Part shown: in pieces, positions 9,805 through 18,200 of the stretch
Layout: every line of letters begins with the position of its first letter
Position numbering within the stretch: position 1 is the stretch's first letter
Source: Acidimicrobiia bacterium
GTDB lineage: Bacteria; Actinomycetota; Acidimicrobiia; IMCC26256; PALSA-610
Assembly: GCA_052148155.1 (NCBI GenBank)
Contig: JBKQIY010000144.1
Coordinates: 547-64,546, forward strand
Length of the DNA: 64,000 nt
Direction: 5' to 3'
Program-made: the position numbers and the translations under genes
Notes under the pieces: generated by a model
What the model was told of the DNA's origin: nothing
Databases searched by the model: none
Seen by the model: only the letters and a program-made list of their open reading frames with translations

Positions 9805-10161
9805 ATGGCAGAGATCCACATTTTCGCGCGGGCCCGAGACAAGATGGCGGTCCAGGCGGGCGAGGTCGTCTTCAGCCAAGGCGACGCCGGCGACGCGATG
9901 TACGCCGTACTCGACGGAGCCGTTGACATTTCGTTGGGCGGTGTCGCGGTGGAGACGGTCGGCCCGAGCGGAATATTTGGGGAACTTGCACTCGTGGACG
10001 CGAGCCCTCGCAGCGCGACCGCGATCGCGCGTGTCGAGTCGCAGCTCGCTCGGGTGGATCGAAGAGAGTTCATGTTCTTGGTGCAGGAGCATCCGACTTT
10101 CGCACTTCAAGTGATGCAGGTGCTCGCGGAACGTATTCGGCACGCGAACGAATCCCACTAG
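9805..10161 (+). CDS. stand-alone cyclic nucleotide-binding (CNB) domain protein
   Basis: ORF 9769..10161; ATG 9805 preferred (MAEIHIF...). Phosphate-binding cassette FGELALVDASPRSATAIA. At about 118 aa there is no room for an output domain. Confidence 0.8.
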   Translation: MAEIHIFARARDKMAVQAGEVVFSQGDAGDAMYAVLDGAVDISLGGVAVETVGPSGIFGELALVDASPRSATAIARVESQLARVDRREFMFLVQEHPTFALQVMQVLAERIRHANESH

Positions 10162-10443
10162 CTCTCCGGGCCGTGTTGCCGGTCCGGCGTTTTCGGCGTC
10201 GTACGGGTCGGTTGTTGGCTCGGCGAGGAGATCGCGGGTCTTGAGCCGTCGTGGGCCAAGCCGGCACTGTCGGGCGCCCAAGACGGAACGTTGAACACAG
10301 CAAGGCAACGCCCATGTGCGTGACTGCACCGGCATGCTCGCGCGGCCGGTCGTCGCGGTTGGTCTCCCGGCTCGCCGTAGCAGCGCTGACGTAAGATCGG
10401 ATGGTTGCTGGCTGACCGGACACCCAACTCGAAGGAGGCTTGG

Positions 10444-12285
10444 TTGTCGTCGGTCGTCGACGCGGAGCGTCGCGGTGAGCTTTTGCTCGCCTTCGACCTC
10501 GTGGAACGCGCGCTGGTCGAATTCCCGGGCGATGTCGAACTCCAATTCCGGGCCGTCCTCGCACTCGCGCGGTCCGGCTCGACGGGAGAGGCGGCTCGCA
10601 GGTTCGACGAGTATGAGCTCGGGATCGTCAAAGATGAAGACACGCAGGCGCTGTCGGCGCGACTGAAAAAGGATGCTGCCCTCGTCGCCGATGGTGACGA
10701 AGGACAGCGACTCGCTCTGCAAGCTGCCCTCGAGTATCGGATGATCTATGAGCAGACCGGCGGCTATTTCCCTGCGGTGAATGCGGCGACGTTAAGTTTC
10801 CTTGCCGGCGATCGCGACGGGGGAGTTGCGTTGGCTGGCGATGCGCTCCGAGCCGTCGTCGCTTCGCACGACGATTCTTACTACGCGTTGGCGACTGAAG
10901 CCGAAGCGCACCTGCTTCGGGGCGAGGTCGAAAGCGCACGGAGTGCGCTCGAGCGTGCGGCCCGTGCGAACAAGGGTGACTACGGCGCGCTCGCGACGAC
11001 GCGCCGCCAGTTACGCATGATCTGCCAGACCGCCGGAATCGATACGGAGGTCCTTGCGGCTGTGGCTGGACCAGCAGTCGTTCATTTCTGCGGTCACCGG
11101 ATCGATGTCGATGACCGTGGACCGTTCCGGTCGACGGACGAACGCCATGTTGGTGGCCTGATCGTGGACGTGGTCGCGAGACACAACGTCGGGTTCGCCT
11201 ATGGGTCGCTGGCGAGTGGCGGAGACATCTTGTGGGCCGAGGCGCTTCTCGCCCGCGGCGTCGAACTCCATATCGTCTTGCCGTTTGCGCTCGAAGAGTT
11301 CGTCGAGTGCTCGGTCGCCCCTTCCGGACACTCGTGGGTCGAACGGTTTTCGCAATGCCTCGATCGGGCTGCGTCGGTGACCTACGGCACCAGTGACGCC
11401 TTCCTCGGCGATGACGTCCTGTACCGATACTGCTCCGAAATTGCGATGGGACTCACCCTGGTGCGTGCACGCTGGCTCGACGCCGAGGTGCACCAATTCG
11501 CGTTGTGGGACGGTAAGCCGGCCCGCGGCGAGGCCGGTACCGCAATCGACGTCGCTCTGTGGCAGAGCACCGGTCATCCGGTCACGATCGTCCGACCTCC
11601 CACTGTCGACGGCCCGCCGATCATCACGGACTCGGGCCAGCGGTCAGTACCGGGCCCGACCGTCGCGCGTCACGACCGGGCCGTGGAGGCAGGTTCGGGG
11701 CGCGTCATCCGGGCGATGTTGTTCGCCGACGTACGCGGGTTCTCGAAACTCACTGACGAGCAACTTCCGACGTTTGCACAATATGTGTTCGGGTCTTTCG
11801 CCGAGGTGCTCGACCGATACCGCACCGTTGTGGAGTACAGCAACACGTGGGGGGATGCGCTCTACGCGGTCATCACCGATGCTGTGTCGGCGGCCGCGTG
11901 TGCGCTCGACCTCCAACACGCCATCGAGCATTTGGCTCCCGAGACGGTTGGGCTCCCGGCCGATCTCGCGCTCCGTCTTGGCGGACACGTCGGTCCGATC
12001 TTCCCTGTCGCCGATCTCATCCTCAAACGGCGATCGTTCGTCGGCTCGCACGTGAACCGCACGGCGCGTATCGAGCCCGTCACACCGCCGGGTGCCGTCT
12101 ACGTCACATCACCGTTCGCGGCTGCGCTCGAACTCACCGACGGACACCCATTCGCCTGCGACTACGTCGGACATCGGCCCGCCGCGAAAGATTACGGGTC
12201 GCTGCGCATGTATCGACTCCGACTGGCGAATACGACTCCGGCCGACTTGTCGGGCGGAGGGCGCGCGGGCACGCCCGTCTCGTAG
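10444..12285 (+). CDS. multidomain class III adenylate/guanylate cyclase (N-terminal helical repeats + SLOG-like Rossmann domain + cyclase)
   Basis: ORF 10405..12285; TTG 10444 preferred because GAAGGAGG lies 5-6 nt upstream. C-terminal cyclase motifs: MLFADVRGFSKL, NTWGDALYAV, GSHVNRTARIE. Middle region: VVHFCGHRI...GFAYGSLASGGDILWAEALLARGVELHIVLPF. Confidence 0.85.
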   Translation: MSSVVDAERRGELLLAFDLVERALVEFPGDVELQFRAVLALARSGSTGEAARRFDEYELGIVKDEDTQALSARLKKDAALVADGDEGQRLALQAALEYRMIYEQTGGYFPAVNAATLSFLAGDRDGGVALAGDALRAVVASHDDSYYALATEAEAHLLRGEVESARSALERAARANKGDYGALATTRRQLRMICQTAGIDTEVLAAVAGPAVVHFCGHRIDVDDRGPFRSTDERHVGGLIVDVVARHNVGFAYGSLASGGDILWAEALLARGVELHIVLPFALEEFVECSVAPSGHSWVERFSQCLDRAASVTYGTSDAFLGDDVLYRYCSEIAMGLTLVRARWLDAEVHQFALWDGKPARGEAGTAIDVALWQSTGHPVTIVRPPTVDGPPIITDSGQRSVPGPTVARHDRAVEAGSGRVIRAMLFADVRGFSKLTDEQLPTFAQYVFGSFAEVLDRYRTVVEYSNTWGDALYAVITDAVSAAACALDLQHAIEHLAPETVGLPADLALRLGGHVGPIFPVADLILKRRSFVGSHVNRTARIEPVTPPGAVYVTSPFAAALELTDGHPFACDYVGHRPAAKDYGSLRMYRLRLANTTPADLSGGGRAGTPVS

Positions 12286-12326
12286 GTCTGCAACCTCGCT
12301 CGGTCCGGTGGACTCGACGGTGAGAT

Positions 12327-15300
12327 CTAGCTTTTCGAGGTGGTCGTCGCGTCGGGAACCGCGGAGGACAATCTCGCCGGAACGTCGGTTGGACGGGCCG
12401 CGATGCCGGCCGAGCCGTACAGAGTCTTACGGTTCGGCCGTCGGCACCGTGGACGGTGAGGCGTCTCGCCCATCGCAGGACAGCCCGACGGGCTCTCGTT
12501 CACCGGCCCCGAAGATGGGAGCTCGGCACGGACCGGCAATGGTTTCGCGGTCCGCACCACAGATGGCCGCGCGATCGGCGGGGACGCGTTGATGTTCCAT
12601 GTGGCGGTGGTCTGAGCCGGCGAACACGCGGGTGCGTAGGTCTCGCCGGGAAAGTATGTCTGCCACTCGTCTGGGGTCAGCGCCCGCGGGGCGGCGGCAC
12701 AGAGCTGGCTGAGCAGCGTGGCGGGTGACGCACCCCACGAGTCGGTGAAGAAACGCGAACCGTGGAAATCGATGGCGACCGCGGCGATTTCACCGTCAGC
12801 GGGCATCCCCACAGATATCTGCCCTTCGACCTGGCCGACAGCCGGCGTGACGTCTCGCGCGATTCCCAGCGGCTGCAAGAATCGGCCCAACTCGTCGCCG
12901 GTCACCACGACATCGGTGCCGTCACCGCGGACGTCGTTGTAGAAGTTCAGGCCTACCGTCGCGACCTCCCCGTTGTCTGAAATCGCCAGCGCGGTCGGAT
13001 CGAACGTGGACGATGAGGTCAGCACGACATCCGATGCCACGTCTTGCGTGTTCGACGTTGACCCGAGATTCCAGATCGCGACGGTCCCGCCGGCATTGAA
13101 GGCGAGAAGCTGGCCGTTCGGGCTGAACCGGAGGGCATAACCGTCGTTTCCGAAGCTGCCGCTGCCGAGGGCAACGACCCCGGCGCTCATGCTCAGCGTG
13201 TGGAGTATCGCTCCGCTGCGCGCATCCAACAGCACGCCGCCGACTTCGCCGGAAGAACCCTGCGTTGCCACAAGCGCGACGACGTCGGTGCCGGGTTGAA
13301 AGGCCGGTACGGACACGGTCTGCTCGCCCAGCCCGACCGACTGGTTGTCGATCACCTGGAGTGGTTGACCGGTCGCGACGGAATAGGTCACCAGCGCGCA
13401 GCTGTGCGGTCCGGACGTCCCGTGCGCGTTGTCGTCGAAGGTCACGGCGACGACGTCGGTGGCGTCACTCAATGACACACCGACGGGGATGTCGTCGGGT
13501 ATGCGAGCCAGGGGGGTCGCGCCCAACTGCGTGCTGTCGACGATGGTGCCGGTCGCCGCGTCGAGGATCAGCACGCGGCACGGGCATCCGCCGGTGTGTC
13601 CGATGATCGCGACCGCGTCTGTCCCGCTGGGATCAAAGCTGACCGCGTTGATCGCTTCGTCGGGTCCGAGGGGCACGGATAGGCGACGTTCGGTGTGAGC
13701 GGCTCCGTCGATCATGGCGAGGGAGTGTGCACTCCAGGCGAGCGCGGTCTGGCCGGTCGGTGCCTCGACGACGGTCGTCCCCGCGGGCACAGCACCGTTG
13801 CTGGGCACGATGGCGGACGAGGTACTGGCCGGTGACTGCAGGTCGATGATCTGCAATGCCGTCAGGCTCGACGCGACCAGGCTGGTTCCGTTCGGACTGA
13901 TCGACAGATTGCAGAAGTACGACGCGCATAACTCGAGCGGTACGACACCCTGCGTCGTCCATTTCGCCGCGGTGAGGTTCCACACCTGGTAGGTCGGGAC
14001 CGACCCGATCGAGTTGAGCAGCACGACCGCGCGGCCGTCCGGGGTCGAGGTCACGAGCGTGTTGAGGTTGCCGCCACCAAGCGCGGCCGGAATAGGCCGC
14101 GTCAGTTCGAACTGTGCACGGGGCGCCGAGGCCCCGGCAACCACTTGCAGTTCGACGTGCCGTTCGTTGTTATACACCCACACGGTCGGGCCGGTGGGCG
14201 CGAACTCCACCGCGGGCGGGTCGGCGGTCTCGTCTGGCGAGATCCGCGGCGGGTTGACCCAGCTGCTCAACTCCGGTGTCGCGAAACTGCCGATCTTGTA
14301 GGCGGCGCCGGCCTTGCCGGTCGCGACGTCGATCGGGACCAACGCGTAGTCGTCGCCTCCGGTGTAGACGAGCGCAGTGGCGAGTGAGCCGTCCTCGTTG
14401 ATCGCGACACCGACCGGCTGGTGGGGGAGTGCGATTCGGCGCGGGGGTGATTGACCGGTTGATATGTCCACCGCCTTCGCGCCGTTCGGGGCGAGCCACG
14501 CGAGCACGTCGCCGTTTCCCGACAGCGCAGGGCGCCGTCCGGTCAGACCGTTGCCGCTGTCCGGTTCTTGAGAGGCGACCGACCATGCCGAGACGGTGCC
14601 GTCGCCGCTCGCGGCGTTCGACGTCAGCGCCAAGACGTTGCCGTCGCCCGAGAGGGCGCTTTCGGAAGTCAGGCCGGTGCTACTCGTCGCGTTCGCCGCC
14701 AGTGAGCCGTCGGCGTTCCACACCTGCACGACGTCGGGCCGGCTCGATTGTGCCGATGAATACGTCGCGAAGCGCTGGCTGTCCGATGACCATGACACGG
14801 GATACGGCTGCGCCGACAGGAGATCTGACGTCGATCCGGCGAGCTGGCCGGTCACGAAGCGGCCGCCGGCATTCGCGAGTGCGTCCAGTGCACTGTTCGC
14901 AACTGAACCGTCGATCTGGATATCAGGCTGTTCGCAGCCGCTGTCTGGATACGAGGCGGTGTTCGAGGTCGAGTTCGGGTTGATCGCGCTGCTCGCACAT
15001 GCGTGGCGTACGGCCTCCGCCGCGAGGAGGACGCCCAGCTGGTAGGTCTGGTCACCCGAGCTCATCAGTTGTTCGCTGCGACGGGCAGCAAGTCTCGCCT
15101 CGGCGAGGAGGGTCGATTGCTGCAGCGCGAGGCTGCCCTTGACCAAGTTCGAGTTCGCGGTGTCGAGATTCGCGTTGGTGATGGAGAGTTCTTGCGCGCG
15201 GCTCTCGGCCAGGGTGCGCTGCTGGGAGGCTTCGATGGCACTGAGCTCGGCTTCATGCTGGCGGGCGAAAGCCAAACCACGCTGCTGGTCTGCCTCCATG

Positions 15301-16091
15301 CGCTGCTGGTCCGCCACAAGGCTGGCCCTGGTCGCCTTTCCGCGCGCGACAATCGCCTTTTCGCTCGCGATGAGTGCGAGCCCCTTTTGGACATCGGCGA
15401 GGTGCTGTTCGGTTCGCGCCCGTGCCGCGCTGCGTCGAGCGGCTCCTGCCGCGTTGACCGCGAAGACGGACGTCGCGATCGATGCCAGGGTGAGAACCAC
15501 GAGCGCGACGCCCGCCGCGACCGCCTGCCGTAACGCTCGCCGATGCTGACGTACGTCTTCGCCAGTGAGTTCGTCCTTGGCCATCCCATGCGCGGGCGCG
15601 GCGAGGTCGGCGATGTGATCTCGGAACCGGCCGTCGGTCAGGTCGAGCTGGACTTCTGCACGTGCCCAGCGCATATCGACATGAAACGGCTCTTCCTGAA
15701 AACAGCCCGCGAACGCCGACCCCAGCGCGGTTGTGGCTTTCCAGTCGAAGTCGTTCGCGCTTTCGTCCCAGCGGATCTCGCCGTCAGTCAACAACACCAA
15801 GAGTCCGTCCGAGCCGTGCTTGGCCCGCCAGTGTTCGACCTCGCGTCCACACCACACCGACGCCGCCGCGTCGGGCGAGGCAAGGAACAGGAAGTACCGT
15901 GAGCTATCGATCGCGTCGGCGATGGAAGACCACAACCCCGGATTGGCCGACAGGGCTGTCCGGTCCCGGAACACGTCCAGTGCCCGGCGCCGGTACCACG
16001 GCTTGGCGAACTTCGACAGTCCGTCTTGCACGCGCTCCGATAACAGATCGTCGCCGCCATGGCTGTACGAAATGAAGACGTCGTAGCTCAT
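12327..16091 (-). CDS. TIR domain protein with one TM helix, coiled coil and large beta-propeller-like region
   Basis: ORF 12327..16106; ATG 16091 preferred (GGGAGG 5 nt upstream). N-terminus SYDVFISYSH...FLFLASPDAAASVWCGREVEHW (TIR). Hydrophobic AVAAGVALVVLTLASIATSVFAV. Q-rich heptad region. Repeated blade-like units (LSGDGNVLAL, LSGNGDVLAW, INEDGSLATA, STPDGRAVVL, ISPNGTSLVA, FSPNGQLLAF, ISDNGEVATV). Near-C-terminal LTPDEWQTYFPGETYAPAC. Confidence 0.85.
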   Translation of the reverse strand: MSYDVFISYSHGGDDLLSERVQDGLSKFAKPWYRRRALDVFRDRTALSANPGLWSSIADAIDSSRYFLFLASPDAAASVWCGREVEHWRAKHGSDGLLVLLTDGEIRWDESANDFDWKATTALGSAFAGCFQEEPFHVDMRWARAEVQLDLTDGRFRDHIADLAAPAHGMAKDELTGEDVRQHRRALRQAVAAGVALVVLTLASIATSVFAVNAAGAARRSAARARTEQHLADVQKGLALIASEKAIVARGKATRASLVADQQRMEADQQRGLAFARQHEAELSAIEASQQRTLAESRAQELSITNANLDTANSNLVKGSLALQQSTLLAEARLAARRSEQLMSSGDQTYQLGVLLAAEAVRHACASSAINPNSTSNTASYPDSGCEQPDIQIDGSVANSALDALANAGGRFVTGQLAGSTSDLLSAQPYPVSWSSDSQRFATYSSAQSSRPDVVQVWNADGSLAANATSSTGLTSESALSGDGNVLALTSNAASGDGTVSAWSVASQEPDSGNGLTGRRPALSGNGDVLAWLAPNGAKAVDISTGQSPPRRIALPHQPVGVAINEDGSLATALVYTGGDDYALVPIDVATGKAGAAYKIGSFATPELSSWVNPPRISPDETADPPAVEFAPTGPTVWVYNNERHVELQVVAGASAPRAQFELTRPIPAALGGGNLNTLVTSTPDGRAVVLLNSIGSVPTYQVWNLTAAKWTTQGVVPLELCASYFCNLSISPNGTSLVASSLTALQIIDLQSPASTSSAIVPSNGAVPAGTTVVEAPTGQTALAWSAHSLAMIDGAAHTERRLSVPLGPDEAINAVSFDPSGTDAVAIIGHTGGCPCRVLILDAATGTIVDSTQLGATPLARIPDDIPVGVSLSDATDVVAVTFDDNAHGTSGPHSCALVTYSVATGQPLQVIDNQSVGLGEQTVSVPAFQPGTDVVALVATQGSSGEVGGVLLDARSGAILHTLSMSAGVVALGSGSFGNDGYALRFSPNGQLLAFNAGGTVAIWNLGSTSNTQDVASDVVLTSSSTFDPTALAISDNGEVATVGLNFYNDVRGDGTDVVVTGDELGRFLQPLGIARDVTPAVGQVEGQISVGMPADGEIAAVAIDFHGSRFFTDSWGASPATLLSQLCAAAPRALTPDEWQTYFPGETYAPACSPAQTTATWNINASPPIARPSVVRTAKPLPVRAELPSSGPVNESPSGCPAMGETPHRPRCRRPNRKTLYGSAGIAARPTDVPARLSSAVPDATTTSKS

Positions 16092-16560
16092 GCTGGCCTC
16101 CCGCAATGCGGCCCACGGCCGCTTCCCGCATCGCTAGATCATGCCCGAACGCCCGGTCGGGTCGCGTTCGTGCCGCGGCAGTGCCGCCAGGTTCGATGTC
16201 CGTTCGGGGTCGGCTCGCGCGACACGTCGCGATCGTTTCGAGCGGGGAATCGCCTTCCCGGCGGCGAGCCGGACCCGTTTGTGTCGCGAACTCGACATTC
16301 GACACGCACGGCCGTTATGAGCCGATCTCTGGTCGTCGCCGGAAGCGTCGAGACCGCAAGAGCATGTTCGGTGTCGGCGGGACGAGCTGGGTCAGGAACG
16401 CTCGCCCGACGCGACTTCGGGATGTCACCCGAGTCCGAACCCGAGACGCTCCGGTGCGAGAAACGGTCCGTCGACCAGCAGGTCGGACGCGCGGGCTGCT
16501 CCGGTGCCGGTCAGGGGCCGGGGTGGCGCCCCGGGCCGGTGACGAACAAGACTCATCCTC

Positions 16561-17022
16561 ATGTACAACGTGATAGTGGTCGGGACGGACGGCTCGGAGA
16601 CGGCGGGCGTCGCGGTCCATCAGGCGACAGCGCTCGCAGCCCTCACCGGAGCGACACTCCACATCGTCAACGCCTACCGGACGATGTCGATCAGCAGCGT
16701 GGCGGTCGCCGCGACTGCTGGAGGAATGTCGAACATCGACGTCGAGGCACTGAATAAGAGTGTCGGCACCGAAAGCGCACAGGTGTGCGAGCATGCCGCC
16801 AGCGAGGCGCGCCAACTGGGTGTCTCGGTTGAGCTGCATGCGGTCCCCGTCGAGACCGCGGATGCGCTGGTCCGGGTCGCCGAAGATGTCGGCGCCGATC
16901 TGGTCGTTGTGGGCAACCGGGGAATGAGCGGCAAGAAACGCTTCGTGCTTGGCAGCGTCCCGAACAAGGTGTCGCACCACTGCCCGTGCAGCTTGCTCAT
17001 CGTTGACACGACGGCCGAGTGA
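16561..17022 (+). CDS. universal stress protein (UspA family)
   Basis: IVVGTDGSETA...LHIVNAY...DLVVVGNRGMSG...LGSVPNKVSHHCPCSLLIV. Confidence 0.9.
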   Translation: MYNVIVVGTDGSETAGVAVHQATALAALTGATLHIVNAYRTMSISSVAVAATAGGMSNIDVEALNKSVGTESAQVCEHAASEARQLGVSVELHAVPVETADALVRVAEDVGADLVVVGNRGMSGKKRFVLGSVPNKVSHHCPCSLLIVDTTAE

Positions 17023-17383
17023 CGTTCCGCAGGGTCGGTCTCAGTCGCGTCGGCGCGATCGCCCGTCCACCAAGAGGCACTCACACGAGCTGGAGGTAGG
17101 CAAGTCGCGTCGCGGCCCGACGACGATCGACGACGGGGACGGTGACGGTGACGCTCCGAAACGTGTCGAGGTTGGCGCTCGCGGGTTGCGTGCTCGGGTA
17201 CGGTCGGTCGTTCGAGCGCAATGGGATCGCACCGCGGTGGGGTGTGCGCCGTCGTCACGTCTGCGACCAAACGGGCCTCGAAGTCCGTCGCCGAGTGGCT
17301 CGATGACCCGATCCGGTTCGCCGACACGTCGACGAGGTTGACTGCAGCCAAGGTTGTGCGGGAGCGGCGTTGGCGTCCGGGTG

Positions 17384-18067
17384 TCAGCGTTCGCGGTTGT
17401 CGAACCGATATCCCATGCCTGGCTCGGTGATGAAGTACCGCGGTCGGGACGGTTCGGGTTCGAGCTTGTTTCGGATCTGGCTGATGTAGATGCGCAGATA
17501 GTGGGTCTTGTCGTCGTGTTCTGGCCCCCATGCGTGTTGGAGCATCTGCTGTTGCGTCACGAGCCTGCCGGGGTGGCGGACGAGCTGTTCGACGATCTGC
17601 CATTGCCTGGGCGTGAGACGAATCTCGCCGTCATTGCCGCGTATTTGCTTGGCTCGCAGATCGATCGTGAAGTCGTCGGTGACGACGACTGGTGCTGCTT
17701 CTGTGGTTGTTCCTCGCCGCAACACGGCGCGCAGTCGTGCGAGGAATTCATTGACGACGAACGGTTTCGTGACGTAGTCGTCTGCGCCTGCGTCGAGCGC
17801 TGCGACCTTCGCAGACTCGGTATCGACGGCCGACAGCGCCACGATGGGCACGTCAGTCCAGTCTCGCAACGCGGTCGCGACCATGACGCCGGCCATGTCG
17901 GGCAGATAGAGGTCGAGGATGACGGCGTCGGGATGTTCGCGTTCGGCGAGCGTCAGACCTTCGCTGCCTGTGGTCGCGATCACGACCTCGTACTCGTGGG
18001 CCTCGAGGAGGATCCGCAGCGCGCGCCCTAACGCGGTGTCGTCCTCGATGACGAGCAGCTTGGTCAC
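17384..18067 (-). CDS. kdpE: KdpE-like OmpR-family response regulator
   Basis: ORF 17384..18346 trimmed to GTG 18067 (VTKLLVIEDD; the alternative ATG at 18097 adds 10 aa). Receiver motifs DLYLPDMAG and DDYVTKPF. C-terminus THYLRIYISQIRNKLEPEPSRPRYFITEPGMGYRF closely resembles my recollection of E. coli KdpE. Confidence 0.85.
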   Translation of the reverse strand: MTKLLVIEDDTALGRALRILLEAHEYEVVIATTGSEGLTLAEREHPDAVILDLYLPDMAGVMVATALRDWTDVPIVALSAVDTESAKVAALDAGADDYVTKPFVVNEFLARLRAVLRRGTTTEAAPVVVTDDFTIDLRAKQIRGNDGEIRLTPRQWQIVEQLVRHPGRLVTQQQMLQHAWGPEHDDKTHYLRIYISQIRNKLEPEPSRPRYFITEPGMGYRFDNRER

Positions 18068-18200
18068 GGCTCTCGCACATTCGGACCGACCGGGCATCGT
18101 TGCGTTCCGGGCGGGTTCGGCGCATGTCTGGACCGTGCCGGTGGCTGGCGGGTGTGTGTCGCCGTTTCCTCTTGTCGTTGGGACGCCGTGAGGGCCTCCT

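Noticed and set aside
12286-12326. Search for a bidirectional terminator hairpin in the 41-bp gap between the convergent cyclase and TIR genes.
   Set aside because: I found no stem of 6 bp or more by eye, so I cannot claim a terminator.
15904-16305. 133-aa minus-strand ORF immediately upstream of and overlapping the TIR gene start, considered as a possible partner gene.
   Set aside because: It overlaps the TIR coding region out of frame, has only moderate third-position GC, and its translation is Arg/Gly-rich without motifs. The GGGAGG-ATG at 16091 explains the region better as a 5' UTR.
16561-17022. Whether the Usp gene convergent with kdpE could be a remnant of KdpD, which contains a Usp domain.
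   Set aside because: It is a complete, free-standing 153-aa UspA-type protein on the opposite strand with its own start and stop. No kinase or KdpD N-terminal sequences flank it.
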